The translations under genes and the position numbers were made by a program. DNA of 64,000 bases. It comes from Octopus sinensis. Lineage: Eukaryota. A model generated the notes under the pieces. It was not told where the DNA came from, searched no databases, and worked only from the letters and a program-made list of their open reading frames with translations. Where the stretch lies: assembly GCF_006345805.1 (NCBI RefSeq), contig NC_043001.1:34534001-34598000 (forward strand). Reading direction: 5' to 3'. This document shows, piece by piece, positions 37,441 through 51,439 of the stretch (position 1 is its first letter; the number at the start of each line of letters is the position of its first letter).

Positions 37441-39097
37441 AAACGTATGCATATGCATACATATATATACGATTATAGGGTGCATTTTGTAATTTTTCAT
37501 CCAAATTAGGAACAATTCAGAATGAAGAAAATCTATAGGGAGAGAGGATGACAGCATAGAATTATATAGATGAATGTGTGTGTGTGTTTGTGTGTGGATG
37601 TACATGCATGTATGTATATATATGTGTGAGTATATGTGTGGCTGTGTGCGCGTAATAATGAGGGTGAAATGCCATTAACGTTTTGACTACAATGACAATG
37701 GTAATCAAAATGATAGATCTACTTTTGGTAGTGGTGTTGAAGGCGGAGGAGGTGATGGAGGATGTAACTGCGGTGGAAGTAGTGGGTAGGTGGTGGTGTG
37801 GTGGTGCTGTTGTTGATGAGGTTTTATAATATCGGCACGGTGCGCATCAACAGTCAATAATGTTGGTAAAACAGTTGTGTAAATGGCAGCGCGAATTACT
37901 CTGAGAAATTACGCCACTCAGACAAATGTCTGAGGTTGAATTGTCCTAACGATGTACCGTATCAGCAGCAACAAATATAAGAAAAACAAATGCAGTAATA
38001 TTGTCAATAACTCAAGAATATAAACCAGTAGTTGCAAGAGGGGGAAAAATATGATAGCAAGAACAAAATCAAGAAAAATAGAAACAAGTACATTTGCATC
38101 AGCAGCAGAAATATTCTTAACAATGACTGCTCAAATACTAGTAAAAAGCAACGAAAGAAAATAATTACGATATAAAACGATCAACAGTAACAGTAATAAC
38201 TGCAATTAGAACATCAGCAATCTACGAACTACGAAGGAAACACATCGTGGTCCTCTGACCTGCTAGATAGCCGCAGGCAACACTACCGCTAGCTACACCC
38301 TACTCTCTTGGAAATGAACACATCAGATAATAATATATCGAGTTCCATGAGAAAGATAGATTGGTCATCAATGGAAGGCTTTTGACTATAAGTTCTTTTG
38401 ATCAGGACCAATTTGAGGACTAAGTAACGATAGATTTGTGATCGGACTCTGTAATTATTTCTGTCACATTTTTAGTCTTCTCTTTATTTTGGGTGCTGGC
38501 ACTCTGTGTGCATATCGCACACACGTACTTTTATATATACAAGCAACAACCCGTCTAAAGAGAATCTGGTGATAAAGTGAAATTGATAATCTTCGTTGAA
38601 ACATCATATTTCTAGAAGTCGAATTTCTTATAGCAGTAGTTGTTTAACGTATGATTAAATATATATTTAGAAATACTATTAGTGAAGGTTTGTAACAGAT
38701 AAGTGTAATAGATTGACAGTGATAAAATTTGGTAGAAACAGATAGTATGAATGTCACAAGGTGTTAGTGAAAGAGTAATTGGATGAGAGAGAGAGAGAGA
38801 GAGGGAGAGAGAGAGAGAACAACGACTGGGTCACTGGATGTTTTGTATGAAAAATATGAAGTGGAGCTTTTCGCTTAAATGATGGTCTAATTATCATTCA
38901 ATGCAACTATTTAGACTTTTCCTGCATTCAATTGTTGTAATAGCAACATCAACGGCGGCGTAGATATGAACTCTGAGTGACACTCTTTCCCATAACGCTG
39001 CAACACACCAACGATGTCGACAACAATTGCTATCACTGCTACCATCATGATCACCACCACCACCACAACCACCAATACCACTGCCAGAATTGTCACT

Positions 39098-39329
39098 TTC
39101 TTCTTCTTCTTCTTCTTCTTCTTCTTCTTCTTCTTCTTCTTCTTTTTCTTCTTCTTGTGCTGGTGCTGCTGCTACTACTCCAACTACTATTTTTTCTTCT
39201 CTTCATGCTTTTGCTGCTGCTGCTACTACTCCAACTACTATTTTTTCTTCTCTTCATGCTTTTGCTGCTGCTGCTACTACTCCAACTACTATTTTTTCTT
39301 CTCTTCATGCTTTTGCTGCTGCTGCGACA

Positions 39330-39365
<36 letters not shown>

Positions 39366-39376
39366 GCTGCTGCTAC
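39098..39376. repeat. (CTT)n, three copies of a 51-bp minisatellite, and (CTA)n
   Basis: Unit gctgctgctgctactactccaactactattttttcttctcttcatgctttt occurs three times at about 39164-39325. Confidence 0.9.
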
Positions 39377-39752
39377 TTGAGGGTGAAGATAACCATTCCA
39401 GTGGATGGAGTGGCCTAAAGTATGTTGAAAATTCCACGGCTTGGAGCAGTCTTTCATTGTACAATCTCCGGTATGCGATTTCAAACTCAACATTACAGTT
39501 AACGACTCAATGAGCGAGCCTATATTTGACCACTTTCGTCCTTGAAAAAAAAGGATACAGTTTTATAAGGCCTTATAAGCAGTATACCTGACACAAGAGA
39601 CAGGATGACCATAAACCTGAAACCTTTGACTACAAGTCTACTCTGCTCCAAAAAGACCGAACAATAAAGCGATAACAACAACAAAAATAACAACTTTTGA
39701 TGATCATGTAGGGTCCCATTATTTCCACAATTTGGTGACACGTCTCGACTAG

Positions 39753-40380
39753 TAAGACGGCGAGCTGGCAGAAGCGTTAACACGCCGGGCGAAATGCTTA
39801 GCGGTATTTCGTCCGTCGTTACGTTCTGAATTCAAATTCCGCCGAGGTCGACTTTGCCTTTCATCCTTTCGGGGTCGATTAATTAAGTACCAGTTACGAA
39901 CTGGGGTTGATATAATCGACTTAGTCCGTTTGTCTGCCCTTGTTTGTCCTCTCTGTGGCGAGCTGGCAGAATTTTTAGTACGCCGACAGAAGTGCTTAGC
40001 GGCATTTCGCCCGTCTTTCCGTTCAAAGATCAAATTCCGCCAAAATTAATTTTGATTTTCATCCTTCTGGGGTTGATGAAATAAGTATCATTTGAGCTCT
40101 AGAGTTGATGTAATTGACTGCGACCTTTCCCCTGACATTGGTGGCCTTGTACCAAGATTTGAAACCAATATTATTATCATCAAATGGTGGTGAGCTGGTA
40201 GAATCATCAGCACGCCGGGCAAAACGTTAAGCGAAATTTCGTCTGTGTTTACGGCCAGAGTTCAAATCTCACCGAAGTCGACGTTACCTTTCATCCTCTT
40301 TTGCGTAGATAGACTAAATACCAGCTGACTACTGGGTTCAATGTAATCAACTTACCTTCGCTCCTTGAGCCAGAATTTGA
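39753..40380 (+). mobile_element. Three head-to-tail SINE family A copies
   Basis: Heads at about 39753, 39957 and 40183; the first is near consensus and the later two are diverged. Confidence 0.85.
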
Positions 40381-41652
40381 AAAATATACCATTATTATCT
40401 GGCCCTGTGCCGTCAAAAATGACGGCTAATTATAGTATTTTGTATATAAATAAGGTACAAAACCAAGTTTTTAGTTTAATAATTCTTTTATTAACAAATT
40501 TTTTGTAAAAAATCTCTCCGTCACTAACATTCTTTGACTGCTTGTTTCCTTCAAGAGAATTTTTACGGTTTTCTCTTTCTTTCTTCCCTTGTACGCCTTC
40601 ACACATAAAACTGGCGTGACATAAGATAGATAGGGATAGTAAATCAAATTGATACACTTCTCAATGTTATCTAATGGTTGTCCTTTGAGATGTTACATCA
40701 CTCATCGTATGTTAGTGAAAGAACGCTGATTCACAAAAACATCCACCTATTTTCCTTGTACACGCTCACACATACACACATATGCTCACTCCCATTGCAC
40801 ACACACACACACATTCACGTACCTCCCTTTTATATACACGCACATATACCCACACAAAGTTGAAACGCTGTTTGATTTTTTCACCTTAGAATTTCCATCA
40901 TCCCACTACCAAATTTGCCATCACCCCTTCGTTCGTTCGTTCGTTCCTTCGTTCGTTCCTTGCTTCCTTGTTTCCTTCCCTTCCTTATTCATCTATCACC
41001 CCTCCTTTCTCATTCATATGCTATGACGGAGAAAAACACAAGAGTTTTATTAAAGTAGATTATCATTATTGACTAGTTCTGTTGAATACATGTTATGAGA
41101 TAGTTGAACTACACTTTTGTTTGACGTCCCGAGACGTAATTACTTCGACTTGGTTGGAGGAAATATTGTTCTATGATTGACAGCATAAAACCCTTGGTTC
41201 CAATTTCGAAAACAGTAGACGATATCTGACGGTTGATATATTTGCAATAATGTCCGATGATTTAGGGATACTATTTAGTCGGGATATTATGCTTTTGGTG
41301 TTCTGCTGCATGATAGTCCTAATAGAAACAAACCGATATTTAAAGAGAGATGTCAACGGGACCATCTTGTTACTTTATAAATAGTACTTCTGTAAAAATA
41401 GCCGATGTCTTTATACATTAAGACAGTTGGATGTGATCTGAGGGAAATTTGACTGCTATTTCTACCAGGTCAAGCTTAATGCATAGATGTTCCTTTCTTT
41501 GTTCCTCATCAAATCCGTATTCGGGCCGATGTAGAGGACTATTTTCCGGAAGGTTTTGTATAGACACAGTAGAATGAATGGGACCAGTTTAAGTCTAAAA
41601 GTGAATTTAGGAAATGAAATTGAGAGACAAACAGAAAGTGAATGAGAGCGAT

Positions 41653-41701
<49 letters not shown>

Positions 41702-41708
41702 GAGAGAG

Positions 41709-41745
<37 letters not shown>

Positions 41746-42087
41746 GATGCTTTTGTGTTACAGATCGCTGATCAATATCTGGCAAGAATCTGTCAAATAT
41801 TAATTTTCTGGAAAAAAGGTATCAAAGTATAGGAGCTGCTTAATGATAGGCATCAATATCCTGGAAATATTTCCTGAGATACCCTATGTAAACCATAAAG
41901 TATCTCAGAAAATTCTTTACTGTTCATAGTTTACGTTATAACTTTTAAGGACAGGAAATAATTAACTCCTTAAAGTGTCTTTCAATATCCATCCAACTCA
42001 ATCTTTAAAATGTCTTCAATGTACAGATATTAAAAGAAACCTACGTTTCTATATAATTCTGTTATTTTCGAACAATCAGCCGAAACA

Positions 42088-42373
42088 TGGATGGAAGCAC
42101 TCCGTCGGTTACGACGACGAGGGTTCCGGTTGATCCGAATCAACGGAACAGCCTGCTCGTGAAATTAACGAGTAAGTGGCTGAGCACTCCACAGACACGT
42201 GTACCCTTAACGTAGTTCTCGGGGATATTCAGCGTGACACAGAGAGTGACAAGGCCGGCCCTTTGAAATACAGGTACAACAGAAACAGGAAGTAAGAGTG
42301 AGAGAAAGTTGTGGTGAAATAGTACAGCAGGGATCACCACCATCCCCTGCCGGGCCTCGTGGAGCTTTAGGTG
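42088..42373 (-). mobile_element. 5'-truncated SINE (family C body, alternative tail) with 11-bp TSD
   Basis: Direct repeat cagccgaaaca at 42077-42087 and 42374-42384; 42278-42373 matches the family C body at 21038-21125. Confidence 0.85.
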
Positions 42374-42863
42374 CAGCCGAAACAACAATTGACGGGAAAA
42401 AGTTATGAATAAAAATCTCTCGTATCTGAATAGTCAAACCGACCTCCTTTCACACCCTTGCCATCTCAAGCAAGGAAAGAAAATATAAGCTACTGCGATG
42501 ATCACAAGTGGAATGTCTTTAATCATGGGTCTACTGACTAAATGTCAATGCCGGGGATCTAGACAGCAATTTAATGAATTCTTCAGACCTAATGGAAAGA
42601 AATATTTCGAAAGATTATTATGTATAATACTTTTTTTTACACATTTACTCGCTTCTTTCGTGGGACAAAAAGCGAATTTTTCTAAAGGGGAAAACTAAAA
42701 CAAAACAAAAACAAAATTGAATGACCTTAATGTAGCTCTGGTACTTATTTTAATGACCGTAATGTAGCACTGGTACTTATTTTATTGACCTTATTGGCAT
42801 AAACAGCAATGGAGAAAACTGAATATTCATGTAATTTATTCTGCTGGTGTATTATTTCGGCCA

Positions 42864-42906
<43 letters not shown>

Positions 42907-43383
42907 TTACACACACACTCACTTACGCACACTTACGCACACACACATTCATATTTATACATGGTGTATGTATGTCCATAAGTACATATTTATGGATGTC
43001 CAAAATTAACTCAATGTCCTTTAGTTTATCCAAGGAATGTTCGTGAATAAATGTTTGCATATCAAATAAGTAAAATGTGCCGTAATAAACACAGAGTAAA
43101 CATGTAGACATGGAAAACGTATCTACACATCTCGACATAGAAACGATAATCATAAGATTCATAACACAAACACGAATGGAAAATTCCTTTGGAAGACAGA
43201 ACTATCAAAGCGACTTATTCGAGTATCGAACTCATAATTATTTTATAAGCAGAATAATAATAATAACAAAATGAGCGATTATAAAACAGTTTTTTTTTTC
43301 TGTTAGTTACAACTGAGGACTTTGTTCACGGCAAAGAGGAGAAAATATACTGAGGATTAAATCATAACCCAAATATTGTTTTT

Positions 43384-44141
43384 ATATATTATTTTAGCAT
43401 TGGGAAGGCGGCGAGCTGGCAGAACCGTTAGCACGCCGGGCGAAATGCGTAGCCGTATTTCGTCTGCCGTTACGTTCTGAGTTCAAATTCCGCCGAGGTC
43501 GACTTTGCCTTTCATCCTTTCGGGGTCGATAAATTAAGTACCAGTTACGCACTGGGGTCGATGTAATCGACTTCATTCCTCTGTCTGTCCGTGTTTGTCC
43601 CCTCTGTGTTTAGCCCCTTGTGGGTAATAAAGAAACATATATTATTTTAGCATCGGGAAGGCGGCGAGCTGGGCGAAACGTTAGCACGCCGGGCGAAATG
43701 TGTAGCCGTATTTCGTCTGTCGTTACGTTCCGAGATCAAATTCCGCCGAGGTCGACTTTGCCTTTCATCCTTTCAGGGTCGATAAATTAAGTACCAGTTA
43801 CTCACTGGGATCGATGTAATCGACTTAATCCCTTTGTCTGTCCTTGTTTGTCCTCTCTTTGTTTAGCCCCTTGTGGGTAATAAAGAAACATATTATTTTA
43901 GCATTGGGAATGCGGCGAGCTGGGCGAAATGTGTAACCGTATTTCATCTGTCGTTACGTTCCGAGTTCAAATTCCGCCGAGGTCGACTTTGCCTTTCATC
44001 CTTTCAGGGTCGATAAATTAAGTACCAGTTACGCACTGGGGTCGATGTAATCGACTTAATCCATTTGTCTGTCCTTGTTTGTCCTCTCTATGTTTAGCCC
44101 CTTGTGGGTAGTAAAGACATATATATTATTTTAGCATTGGG
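43384..44141 (+). mobile_element. Tandem array of three SINE family A copies delimited by four copies of a roughly 21-bp linker
   Basis: atatattattttagcattggg at about 43384, 43637, 43890 and 44121. Confidence 0.92.
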
Positions 44142-47120
44142 TGCTTTTGCCTGTCTGTCTATTTCTTTTTTTATAAAGGATAGGATAATCCTATTCATAC
44201 GTTTACAGGATATGACAGGTACTTACTTTTACCCACGCAGTAGGCAAAGGTCATCCTAGTAGTATATAAATCGTGAACATACAAGACCAGAACTAGAAAA
44301 TGTAGTTTGGTGCTCTACGCTTTCAGGCAACACGATACCGCATCAACATCACTACCATCTAAAACAATAATCGTTATAATAATAAACAATACTTTATAAT
44401 GTTTCATTCAAAACCATCTCATACATAAAGCAACGAACACATATATTGAAATATGTGCAATTCCCCGTGAGATAAATAAATAAATAAGTAAAAATATTAC
44501 TTCATACTTGATACATATACAACTTCTCAGTTTCCTGAAATTTCATGGATGAAAAATGAGAAAATAATAGGTTGCAATCGAAAGATAGTTTAGGAGTAGA
44601 ATATATTGGCTTTGCTATACGTGTTCTGGACTGGGTTATTGACTTCAATTGATTTGTTACTTGATAGCGACCACTCCAGATAATCGTATCCTCTGAGAGT
44701 AAGCTTTAACACATATTTCAAAATGTCAATAAATAATAGTTTTGAAGCTTACAGATATAGGATTTATCAAAAAGACTTGTCTTCCTTTTTAATTTATTTC
44801 TTTTAAATTGATTATTTCTATTGGGGAAAACTGTCCGAAATTTTTGAAGACGAAGAGAGTCGAGAAGGCAGAATCTTTGGACCTGCCGTTTTAGTTGAAG
44901 CTTCGTACGTTCTGAGTTCAAATCATCCCGCGGTGAACTTTATCTTTCATCTTATGAGGGGGGATGGAATAAAATATATTATGTATACAGGACGATAGAT
45001 TTGCGGAATTATGAGAACGTTCGACAAAATGCCTTGTAGTATTTGAATGGGTCCTCTACTTTCACCTTCCCAGGGTCAATAACTCATATACATATCCATT
45101 CCTGGGGCCACGTTCTTCTCTTTTTCCCGCTTTTTGGATTGCACCTATATTTCTATGGCTCAGCCTTTCACGGTAACACACTGATATAGTTTCAGTACTG
45201 TAAGTGTTCACTGAATGTGGGATACTCAATCACCTATACTTTAATTTTAAGAGTAGTATTCTGTTGTTCGAGTAAATGAATACTCATCGTTATTCATTAC
45301 ACCTGTCTGGGTGCTTAGGCAGGTTGTGGAGAATCTGACGGCATCTAGTTGACAGTATGGTACCACGTAAAAAGAGTATAACACTACACCGAAAATGTAA
45401 CATGAAATTGCTTTTGTATTCTCCCACAAAATCCGATGATGAGTAACTAATCTTCGTTGAGGAAGTTACCAAGGGTCTTCTTTCAATATAATGGCTCAGA
45501 AAGAAGAAATTAACATGCAACTGATTTGATATTAATGTAATAACGAGAAATCGTCTAAATGTTGTCGTCGTTTACTGTAGGCAGATCTCTGATGAATAGA
45601 TCTATGATGAAAAGTGTTTCAATCACTGAAAAGATTGTTTGTTCCTTCTCGAGCCATGCCTGGCTCATAAGGGTCCGTTTCCTGATTTCCTTGGCGTATA
45701 GGTTCCCCACCATAAGCATGGAAAAACAGCTAATATAGACAGACAAACGTTTATGCTTGATACAGTTCAATACCTGTATGCTGTTATCATATTTCGTCGA
45801 TGATTATCGATGAAGACAATGACTGTTACTGGTCTCATGTAAATATGAAAAAAGAAATGAATGGAAAATGCTTATATGCATAAATGTTCAGTTCTAAAGA
45901 TAATAACAGCTAATAAAGCCAAGGAGATCAATGAAATACTAAACAAGAAAACCTGTGAAATTTAAATTTATAATTCATTGCACCTGATACTGAAGAATTT
46001 AAAATGCATAACATGAAAGGCAGCAGTTCTCTTGAGATATGAACTAAATTTGCACTTGAACTAATAAGAAAATATAAAGAAACTGCACGAGATTCTATCA
46101 CTACTCAACTAAAATTCTGTAGATTTTCATAAAAGGAACAAAGAAAATCTAAAGAGTAGAAGAATTCTCAAAATAGTTTCCCATTACTGAAATATATAAT
46201 ACCCCGAAGCTAAGAATAGACGATAAAATAATGATATAAATATCAAACTTCAAGAAAGGAACTTCGGTGAATTTAACCAGAATAAATTAGGTATGTTACC
46301 AATTCACCTCTAAAAGTATGAGACAAAATAAATGATTCCACAGGAAGAAGGTTTTTTTCACCAATTTAAATCACAAAAACGTATACAAAGTTGAATGGAA
46401 ATGAAAGAAACCACAATGCAAAATTGCAAGCGAAGATCAAAAACTACGTTGAAGTAAGTAAAAGAAATTAGACGATGGAAAATGTCTTGTACCGTTCAAA
46501 CGCGACATATCAGGAAAAGAAAAGACAGCAACAACAGGTAGAAGAAACAAAAGCATCAGTGAAACTAGCATATAATCAATGCCAAATGAGAGGAATTCAA
46601 ATCAAAACACAGAATAGTAGTTGTAGTCTTGGATAGAATATAATTAGATGATAGGTAGTACAATGCAATATCGTGGAAAGAACACGAAAATATAGGAGAA
46701 CTATATTAGATAGAGAAACAGAAAATACATAAGTAGCATTACATTAATAAAAAGTATATGAAGAAAGTGAATATTGTTGTAAGAAATGAAATCTTCCTGA
46801 GACTTTAGACTATCATTTTGGAAATAATCTATTTCAATAATTCATAAATGAAATTATATATAGCAGATAATTAGATACGCTCTGCAGTTTATCTCGTAAT
46901 CATTTTTATATTGTATATATTTCTTATTATATCTGCTCTTGTTACATAACTTACTAAGAACAGCAAGATGATGTGAAACTGTTTCAATTGAAACGTTGTG
47001 TAATGGAATTCGGTCAAAACGTATTACGAGAGGAGATCAAAACATTTTTCTAGTGTTGGCAAATAAGGAAGTGTTGGTTAAAATTCTCTTCAAAGATACT
47101 ACATGATATTCCTAAACGTA

Positions 47121-47561
47121 GTTCTATATTTAAGAGATGAGGAATTATGTACATTATTTACATTCGACGGATATTTGTCCTAATCTTGTTTGTTGTTAAC
47201 ACAACGTTTCGGCAGATATACCATCCAGACTTCATCAGGTGTCCTGGGGAAATTTCGAACCTGGTTTCTCATTCCTAAGGTATTTTTCGATGTTATTATT
47301 ATTGTTGTTGTTGTTGTTGTTATTGTTATTGTTATTGTTCAGGTCACTGCTTGGAATCGAACTTGGAATCTTGGGGTTAGGAGCCCGTGCTATGAATCAT
47401 GCCGTGCTATGAATCCAAGGTGTAGTGGTTAGAAATGAGAACCCAGGTTCGAAATTTCCCCAACACACCTGAAGGGGACTGGAGGCTATATCAGCTGAGA
47501 CGTTGTGTTAACAACAAACAAGATGAGGACAAATATTCGTCGAATGTAAATAATGTAAATA
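47121..47561. mobile_element. tRNA-headed, hammerhead-containing foldback retro-insert with 15-bp TSD
   Basis: TSD atattcctaaacgta at 47106-47120 and 47562-47576; inverted arms at about 47133-47278 and 47429-47563; minus-strand B-box-like gttcgattcc head and (AAC/AAT)n linker in the middle. Confidence 0.85.
47199..47242 (-). ncRNA. Minimal type I hammerhead motif (left arm); degenerate partner at 47465-47508 (+)
   Basis: acac-CTGATGA-a-gtctggatggtatatctgcc-GAAA-cg-TT-gtgt: stem I acac/gtgt, palindromic ACGU stem III, stem II partly decayed. Confidence 0.6.
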
Positions 47562-47886
47562 ATATTCCTAAACGTATATGTAATAATATATCTGGAATGT
47601 AGAATGGTAAGCGCAGATATATGTCCATTTGCTTTGCAACCATGTGGTTTTGGGTTCGGTCTCACTGCGCAGGACCTTATGCAGGTGTCTACTTTTGTAG
47701 CCCCAGATCGGCCAAAATATTTTGAGTGGATTTCGTAGACGAAGTACATATATATATGTGTGTGCGCGCGTGTATACACATGCACACTCACTCACACATA
47801 TATACATATATTCAATAGTATCAGCACCAAGTAGTGGTTACGCATGCACGAACTGAAGTTTAGGTTAGTTAAAATATGTTTGTGAT

Positions 47887-48220
47887 AAAGGCAAATTCAC
47901 TGCAGTTACCTAGGAGAAGGAAAAAGTTTAACTTGTAGTATAAGCTGTGAAAGTATCATATCTAACCAGCGTTGTCCTTTATCTGATTCCCAGACGTAGC
48001 GTTTCTGGCTCTTTAGCCTTCCTTAGTGCAAAATACCGAAGGAAGAGGTTACTCTGAGCAGGATTTAATCCGAAACTTGAATTTTTTTCTGACCGAGCAG
48101 TCCAACAGCATAACTTAAACAGTATTGTTGACTGTCTCTTAGTTAAAGCTAAGGTTTTAAGTCTGCGCAGAGTTACCTCTCTTCAGGATTTCTCATTCAG
48201 GAAGGATAAAGAGCCTAGAT
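47887..48220. repeat. Partial foldback repeat with a degenerate hammerhead-like motif (47991-48028, minus)
   Basis: About 48010-48080 is inverted at about 48140-48215; minus strand ca-CTAAGGA-a-ggct aaag agcc-a-GAAA-cgctacg-TC-tg. Confidence 0.5.
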
Positions 48221-48369
48221 AAACAGATAAAGTACTTCATCCAGTGAGAAATAAATATCATTGAATGTACACAGTAAAAAACAAAACAGAAAACGAGCTA
48301 CTAATTGTTTTGTGCATTGAAGATGCGATTTTAGGGAAGCTTTTATAAAATGCTTTGTGTCTCCAAGTA

Positions 48370-48429
<60 letters not shown>

Positions 48430-48789
48430 TGTGTGTGTGTGTGTGTGTGCATACATATAGACCAGTATAAAATTAGTGTACATTTAAACACAAAAAGATG
48501 TGATCTTTACAGGCCGCCTTACATGCTAGAAGGAGCAGTAAGAACATACAAAACCACATTTAAGAGCAATTTCGAAGGGAATGAAAAAAAAACTTTTACC
48601 ATTATTTTTACAGCCAGACCTAGATTTCGAACTTTAATTAGCAAATAAAACAATTTGCTAGGCAAAGTTCTCATCAGTGGGTACGCCAGACATTAACGTA
48701 TAATTTAGAGACAGAATAACACGTGTCTCATCATTATATATTTTAATCTTCCAAATTCACCGCGCAAGCGCAGTTTCAGTCGGCAGCAA

Positions 48790-48846
<57 letters not shown>

Positions 48847-51439
48847 GACAAGCGGTGGTGTTGTTTTCTTTTCCTGTCAAGGAAAACAATACCACAGTTG
48901 ATGAAATAGCTATCAGTTTTGTACCAGATCGAATTAAAGTATTCATTTTAACTCTACATGTAGCAGAGTAATATCAATGCCTCTATTGCTGAAATAAATA
49001 ATGCAAACTCAGAAGGTTATATTGCCTAGGACAGAAGTATGAACAAATAATAGTCACCTTTGGCAATGATGTAATGACTGAAAGTAAAATGGTAGAATGA
49101 GAGGTCGCAGATCCGGTATTACGGACGTATGGTTAGATTGTCATACGAAAAGAACTCAAGACAGATTCTTGAAACTGAGCCAACCGGTAGAAGACATAGG
49201 GGTATACCAAGGGTTTTGATTATACATATAGTATTTGTTGTTCACGTTTGTTAATCTATCAGGAAAGTGTAATAACAGCTGCTTCTGATAGGACTCTATA
49301 CAAGAAATGCTTGGAGCTCAACACCAGTGACTCGCTGGAGTAGGGGTTGTTGAAGATGGCTGGCTGGATGAATTAAGTAAAATTCCACCTATTTATCTCT
49401 CAACGTAAATAAAGGACTTGTTGTTTTATACGGCATGAAGTCTGTAAGGTTTATCGATGCGAAAATAGATCTGATAGACAACCATGTTTTTTTCACTAAA
49501 GATGTTTATTTTCTACTTTATTTGCATTGCAACTGTATTAGCGAAGCGAAAAAAAAAATATATACTCTTCAATGCGAAATTTGAAACCGCACCTTGAAAT
49601 AGTTAACTCCAGAAACAAAGCTATATATGAAATAGACCAACAGACCAACCAACTGGCAAAAAATATGGCAAACAATATCAAGAAATTTACGTACCCAAAA
49701 TAGACGTGTACAAAGAAGAAAAAAAGCAGAGGAGAAAGATTGAAAATTAAAGAACTTCGCAGTTCATTGGAAAACTGACGCCGCCAAAGTAATGTATTAA
49801 CCAACTATTTAAAGGAGGAATTTATGAGTGACACTGGTATAATTCCAAATTAAAAGTCTCTATGTAAATAAATTTAAGTAAGATATTTGCCATCTGTGAA
49901 AATTTAAATGTATGTCTGACAAGAAAACTGTTTTCACCAGATGTTGTAAACAGCACGGTGATATAAATCGTTGTGGCTCGCGTGGTGCAGATAATATTGG
50001 AAACTTCGAAAAAACATACAGTTCAAGTTTGTGTTAAATCGACCAAGAATTATTTGAAAAAGTCCCGGAAATTCGGTAGCTAAATATAGTAAGATTTTAT
50101 ATAGCTTAGTCGACTACAATTTTTGAGCAAGAAATATGTGTAGTTTGAACAAATGACGATTACAATGCCGGTCAGCAGAGGAAAAGTATTGATCTTTTTA
50201 TGAATAATGCATCTATAACTGCTAGACATAGTATTATTTACAAAGCAAATCCTCAAGATTGACAACGACTTAAAGCTTAGAGTGTCGAGAAAGAACAATA
50301 AGTGCAATATGATGAGAGCACGAGGTTTAATCTCCTACAAATCCACCAGAAATATTAAAATTGAAATTCGGAGATATTCTTTAGATATGTGAATATTATG
50401 AGGAAAAGTACTCGAGACCTGATGAGATTTAATTTCAATTTCACTTTCGCTAAGAGCTGCAATATGTACGCTTATAGAAATAAGAAACAGTAATTGATAA
50501 CACAACCAACAACAGCTACCACCACCATCACCCCTCCACTACTACTACTACTACTACTACTACCACTAATAATAATAATAATAATAATAATAATGATAAT
50601 AATAATAATAATCCTTTCTACCCAGCAGAAGAAACAGAAACAAAAGGAAAAACGAAAGAGTTCTCGAGAAGGCAGAGACCGCCGAGGGATGCTTGTGAAA
50701 ACCTAAATAAAACTACGATCACCCTGAGAAGTGCCCTTTCTCTATTCTAATTCTTTAATCTATAGGCTTCATGCTCAGAGCAAAGACGTTCACTCGGACC
50801 ATGCTTGCCACTCTCATTCACCTACTACTTCCTTCGCCACTCTTACTTTCTTTTTGAAGGGAAAATTGAAAAGTGATAATGGACTTGTCCGAAGAAAAAG
50901 GTGATTATCTACAACCCTTTCAATCGCGTCCATCACACAACATCTTTCTCCTAAGCCACTGGGCAATTGAAGAATTCTCTCCTTCCCATCCATCTAGAAA
51001 GGTATCGGGATGATCTTCATCATAGATTCAGCGAAAACCAGATCCTCCTATACGCGACAGCAAATATTCGATAATGCCAGTAATGTTTGGACACAAGACG
51101 AATGCGTGCAGTTCAGTTTCGTCACTCTGCTAGCATCTCGAACAGGCCAGGCTAACACCACTTCCGTGCTTATACAGTTTATTCCGAATCGCCACTGCCT
51201 ACGGGTAGCAGTGCTTAGCCAAAGATTTCCGGAAATTATCCACGGGCTCCAGTATAAAAGTTCCTTGAAACCGACTACTCAACTTCTCGCCTGAGTTTTG
51301 CCTGCTCTTTGTCCGTCTTGTTACTCTTTATATGTCGCTTGTGATCTGTAGTAGTTCTTGTGCTAAAGAAAGAGAAACCTCGGCTCTTTGTTCATTGTCA
51401 GCTCTTGGTGATGTTGCCATTGAAGATAAAATGACTTCC

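Noticed and set aside
38977-39513. 178-aa Leu-rich ORF and mucin-like AAAATTPTT frame
   Set aside because: Explained by trinucleotide tracts and a 51-bp minisatellite.
43384-44141. CRISPR-like repeat/spacer appearance
   Set aside because: The 'spacers' are about 230-bp SINE copies similar to each other, the context is eukaryotic, and there are no cas genes.
45870-46900. A-rich stretch resembling a very old REL-LINE ORF
   Set aside because: Only vague similarity (KLQAK-like), with no diagnostic motif I can support.
49700-50350. Possible hAT transposase C-terminal remnant (TMPVS-like)
   Set aside because: Too decayed to call without a profile search.
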